NCBI GenBank assembly: GCA_043228905.1
Contig: JBHGNT010000012.1
Coordinates: 16,182,001 to 16,246,000, forward strand
DNA from: Azolla caroliniana
Lineage: Eukaryota > Plantae > Polypodiophyta
Length of the DNA stretch: 64,000 bases
Reading direction: 5' to 3'
Shown: in pieces, positions 59,345 to 64,000 of the stretch
How the letters are laid out: every line of letters starts with the position of its first letter
Position numbering within the stretch: position 1 is the stretch's first letter
Notes under the pieces: generated by a model
What the model saw: the letters and a program-made list of their open reading frames with translations, nothing else
Databases searched by the model: none
What the model was told of the DNA's origin: nothing
Translations under genes and position numbers: made by a program

Positions 59345-62300
59345 CTAGTGTTCCATCTCGGATCCTCGGCCTGAAGCTTCTTTGCGAGTAGTTCATAGGT
59401 GGCTTGAGTGTTCTTTGCGTCCGTGGTTACGAGCTGGATAAATTGCTCGTAATGCTTGGTGAGCTCTTCGGTAGCTTTCTCCCATTCTTTTTGACACGCG
59501 GCCCGGACTTGTCCTTTCGGTCGGCTTGTCTGCTCGTGCAGCCTTTCTCAGCTCCATTGTTGTTGTGGTGTTGGTGCCTCTTCCGTTGCCCTTTCCTCTG
59601 CTTGGCCTTTAGTTGATTCGGCGTCTCTGAATTGAACATTCGAACTGAATCAGATGTCTCCGATTTGTTTCCGCTCTTGCCCGAATTGGCTTTCTCCAAT
59701 CTGTCTTCTGTCTTCAGGCCCTTAACCACATCAGACCAAGTCTTGGTCTTGGCCTTCACACCCTTCTTGGCTTCAACTTCCCCTTGTTTGGCTGACTCCG
59801 GCTTTTCCCTTCGGTTGATGCCCTTGTTTCCGCCTTTGGCTTCTTCAGCCGACTCGAAATCGAATTCTTCATCCGACTTGGCTTCAAGGTCACTTCTGCT
59901 TCTTTCCTGCTCCCTTTCCTGGTCTTTTCTCCTCCTCAAGTTTGGCATGTCGAGGTGCCGCAAGCCAAGCGCACCCAAGAATTGTCGTAACTTGTCAAGA
60001 CCAAGGGGCTTGGTGAAGATGTCGGTAGTCTGCCAATCTGTCGGAACATACGCTAGTTCGACTTCACCGGAGAGGACACACTCGCGGACAAAATGGTAGT
60101 GCACCTCCATGTGCTTGGTTTGGGTGTGGAAAAACAGGTTTTTTGCAAGTTGGATGTTGATGAGGTTGTCGCAGTAGATCGTCGTCGGAGCAGACACCTC
60201 CACCTACAGATCCTTGAGTAGCCTCTTGAACCAAATGGCTTCACATGTCGCGATAGCTGCTCCTCAATATTCAGCCTCTGTGCTCAACAATGCAACTGTC
60301 GGCTGCTTCTTGCTACTCCATGCGATTACGGCGCTCCCAAGCGAGAAAGAGAACCCAGATGTGGATCTACGAACCGCGGCATTTCCGGCCCAATCAGGAT
60401 CCGAGTAGCTGACGAGCTGTGCTGCAATACGGGTCTGATATAGCAATGCCTTATCGTTAATTCCGTGGACATAATGCAATATCCTTTACGCGTATTGAAG
60501 GTGTTCGGCCGTGGGTTGCGACATAAATTGACTGATCAGGCCGAGGGGGTAACTAAGATCCGGCCAAGTGATCGTCAAATAAATTAGGCTTCCGACAATT
60601 TGTCAGAACCGTGTCAGGTCACACGCCTTTCTCAAATCTCGGCGAAGCTTGATGTTTCTGTCCAGAGGAGTTGAGATGGACTTACAATCGGCCATCCCAA
60701 ACTTGAAGAGCATACTCAAAACGTAATGTCGTTGGCTGATTAGTATGCCTTCGGGGGTGCGGATCACTTCGATCCCTAGGAAGTAATGAAGGCCCTCTAG
60801 GTCCTTCATGTCGAATGATGCCGTGAGCTAGGACTTTATGCGACCGATTTCTTCTAGGACAGCGTCGTTGATGACTAAATCATCAACATAGAGTAAAATA
60901 CTAACCGGTTCACGTCGACCTTGCCGGATGAACAATGAGGAGTCTGATTTGGACATCCCAAGCCCCTTCCGATGCAGTCGTTGTGTGATCTTCGTGTTCC
61001 ACGCGTGCGAGGCTTGTTTTAGTCCGTAGAGAGACTTCTTTAGTCGGCATACCGCCGAGGTGCTCTTTCCAGACGGAAATCCGGGGGTTTGTACCATGTG
61101 TACATGTTCCTCAAGTTCTCCTTGAAGGAACTCATTCTTTACATCTATCTAATGTAAATGCCACCCCTTTGCTGCGGCTACTGCAAGCAGGACACGGACG
61201 GTTGTCATCTTCGCGATAGGCGCAAAGCTCTCATCGTAGTCAATGTCGTGTTGTTGTGCGTAACCCTTCGCCACTAACCGGGCCTTGTAGTGGTTGACAG
61301 AGCCGTCGGTGTTGTACTTGACATTATACACCGACCTGCATCCAATCGGCTTTACACCCTTCAGAGCGTCAACCAGGTCCTAGGTTTCATTTTTCGCTAA
61401 TGCGTGCATCTCTTCCTCCATTGTGGCACGCCAAGTTGCATCCTTCGCCGCTTCTACGTAGCTCTGCAGCTCATGCACTTCCGCCACTCGCGTCATGTAC
61501 GCATAATGTTGCGCCATGTACTCATTGAATGAAAACCGCACCATGGGTAGATCGGCGTAATTGCTCATTAGCCGATTTTGAGGCCCTCTTGGCCGACGCG
61601 GACTTTGTTTCCGAAGGTCCGTCTTCGTTCTTCTCTAAGTCAAATTTGCTTTGATCTAACTCGTCTTTATCAGTGCCGTACTCCGGCATCTTCTTCTTTC
61701 CCTTCCATGTAGCTCTCCGGCTCACGCACTTCCGCCACTCGCATCATGTACGCATAATGTTGCGCCATGTACTCATTGAATGCAAACCGCACCATGGTAG
61801 ATCGACGTAATTGCTCATTAGCTGATTTTGAGGCCCTCTTGGCCGACGCGGACTTTGTTTCCGAAGGTCCGTCTTCGTTCTTCTCTAAGTCAGATTTGCT
61901 TTGATCTAACTCGTCTTTATCAGTGCCGTACTCCGACATCTTCTTCTTTCCCTTCTCTTCACGCATAAGCCGTCTCCTCGACCTCCGGCACGGGGATTGC
62001 ACGACCGAGTTTCCACCACTCGCCGGCTCTGCGTCTAACTGGTCATGCCGACTAAGTCGCTCATTCAGCCCACTTAGCCTGAATGAGATCGGACACTCTT
62101 CAGGAGCTCCGATGTCTCCTTCGTCCCGAGGCATTTCAGCCTCGCTAACCTCTTCGTTAGAGATTGGGATGGAGTCGTCAAGGGTTGGGGGTGAAGGTAA
62201 GTACCACGACGTGGACTCTTCAAACACAACATCACGACTTACGTGAGCTTGTTTGATTTAGGGGTTATAACACTTCTGTTCGTCTGAGTAGCCAACCAAG

Positions 62301-63127
62301 ATACACTCCTCGACTTTGGCGTCCAGCTTCCTCCATTTCTCCTTCGGCACATGCACATACACGATGCTACCGAAAACCCTCAAGTGTGCTAAGTTCGGCT
62401 TCTTCTTCAAGTACAACTCATGTGGCGACACTCCTCCATTGGCAAATGCCCGATTCTGGAGGTAGACAACGGTTTTGATCACCTCGGCCCAATAGAACAT
62501 CAGCAGATGCTTCTCTTCAAGCATTGCCCTTGCTGCCTCCTCTATCGTCTGATTCTTCCTCTCGGCCACGCCGTTCTGCTGCAGCATGTATCTACATGAG
62601 AATTCATGTCGAATTCCCTCCTTCTGTAGATAACTCGAGAACTGGTCGGAGAAGTACTCCTTCCCACCATCGAACCTTAGGCACTTGATCTTTCGCCCAG
62701 TTTCCCTTTCCTCAAGGTTTTTCACCTTCATGAAACATGCGAAGACTTCGCTCTTTTTCATGATCAAGTACGCCCAATGTGCCGCGTAAAGTCATCGATG
62801 AAGGTTACGAAGTAACGGCTTCCTCCGATGCTCACGTTCTGTGCCAGTCCACATAAATCCGAATGGATCACATCGAGTGGATGTCGACTCCGGTTACGCT
62901 TGTTGGGGAATGGAAGTCGGTGTTGCTTCCCGAGATGGTAGGCTTCACAGACTGCATTTCACGAAGACGTGGAAAGTTAACATGGCCGGACTGCTTATGC
63001 CATAGGTCGATGTCCGACTCGACCTTCTGTCCTTTCGCAAATAGGGCGGTTCCGACTTCATTGGTGTTGAGGAAGAACATCCTCCCTTCTCTACACCCTT
63101 GTGCAATGACTTTGCCCTCTTCTTCGA
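59345..63127 (-). mobile_element. Decayed Ty1/copia internal region (IN-RT-RH plus 3' extension), same family as 1-1584
   Basis: [79 protein letters not shown]. The extension shares KAKTKxWSDVVK and KGQRKR with 533-1066. Confidence 0.93.
61451..61955. repeat. ~252-bp tandem duplication in the copia IN-RT linker
   Basis: GKKKMxEYGTDKDELDQSK..EYMAQHYAYM occurs twice, with a junction at CTTC microhomology. Confidence 0.9.
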
Positions 63128-64000
63128 TGTTATTATAGATCTAAGTACTAAAGTAAGCTTAAGATAAGGATAAACAAATGATAGATAGAAAGGAGAAAGA
63201 GAAAGAAGGGTGCCGATCCACCCGACCACCCCCGAGCGAAGGGATCGAGACGGACTCGAGCCTCGATCGGCGTCCCATACCACCGCTGTAGCGTCGAGTC
63301 GTACCTGGTGCTGGCGCGCTCGCTACAAGAGTTGACCCACCACAAGAGCAGAGTCTCGATGTAGTCCAAAAGATCAAATGAGGGTAGCTAGGCCACTTAT
63401 TTATAGCGATACCCAAGGCCCCCAGGCAAGTTCACACTTGACCTAATGGGTTGTCTCAATCCCGAGGATTAAAAGTAATCCTCCCCTTCTTTACACTCTC
63501 GTTTAACCCTCACACTTATCCACGTGTATAGAATACTACGGTGAATTCTCACCACGGGATATTAAATGGTCATGCCCGTAACATACTCCCCCTCTTTAAA
63601 ACATTGCACTCTTGCAATGGAAAGTTAGGGAAATTAGTTCTGAGAGTTTCGTGTTCCCATGTGGCATCTTTTATTGATTTATCCATCCATTTTATTTTAA
63701 ATTCTCGGATTTCTTTAGTACGTAATTTTTTTGTTTTAACATCGAGAATTCTTTCTAGTAGATGTGGTTTAGAAGATAATTCTTCAGAAGTAACCAGAGT
63801 TTCAGTTGTAACTATATTGTCGCCAGAACCTAGAAGTTCTTTTAGACGACTCACATGGAAGACTGGATGAATTCCAACACCATCGGGAAGAGCAAGACGA
63901 TAGGCTGATGACCCAATGCGTTTGAGGACTGTAAAAGGTCCACAAAACCGTGGGGCTAACTTAGCGAAGTTACCCGTAGACAATGTCTTAGAATTGTGAG
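63128..64000 (-). mobile_element. 3' end of a chromovirus (Ty3/gypsy): integrase C-terminus with chromodomain, PPT, 3' LTR 63128-63583
   Basis: KLAPRFCGPF, AYRLALP, IHPVFHVSRLK, ERILD..FKIKW..DATWE. PPT AAAGAGGGGGAG is followed by TA and TGTTACG...ATAACA. Inserted in the copia pre-integrase region. Confidence 0.93.

Overview
Eukaryotic plant nuclear DNA, most likely a seed-free land plant (fern, lycophyte or bryophyte). This is an inference from the TEDC1-like gene and the transposon families present. Three host genes lie in a transposon-dense background: an 8-exon RlmI-like PUA/SAM rRNA methyltransferase (+, 24255-31330, with two consecutive GC-AG introns), an intronless nepenthesin-type aspartic protease (-, 32373-33929) and a 2-exon TEDC1-like gene (-, 48240-50683). 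The TEDC1-like gene has a ~330-aa Asn-rich insertion, in-frame (TTAGGG)6, and a young LINE inserted 107 bp upstream. Both ends of the window are nested LTR-retrotransposon stacks (several copia, gypsy, a chromovirus, solo LTRs). A complete but decayed gypsy element (13099-20039) has a tRNA-Trp PBS, a 4-bp TSD and an apparent -1 frameshift/pseudoknot between protease and RT. The most interesting signals are hidden in AT-rich DNA. One is a spliced relic of a bacterial-style beta-class N4C/N6A DNA methyltransferase (57516-57905). The other is a separate decayed ParB-like domain (10818-11150). Together they suggest a repeated, probably transposon-borne ParB/amino-methyltransferase module. Also notable: an LTR whose tRNA-primer site and promoter polarity seem to disagree (58954-59344), and a copia family with a ~170-aa extension after RNase H. 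All identifications come from motif reading by eye; no database searches were run.
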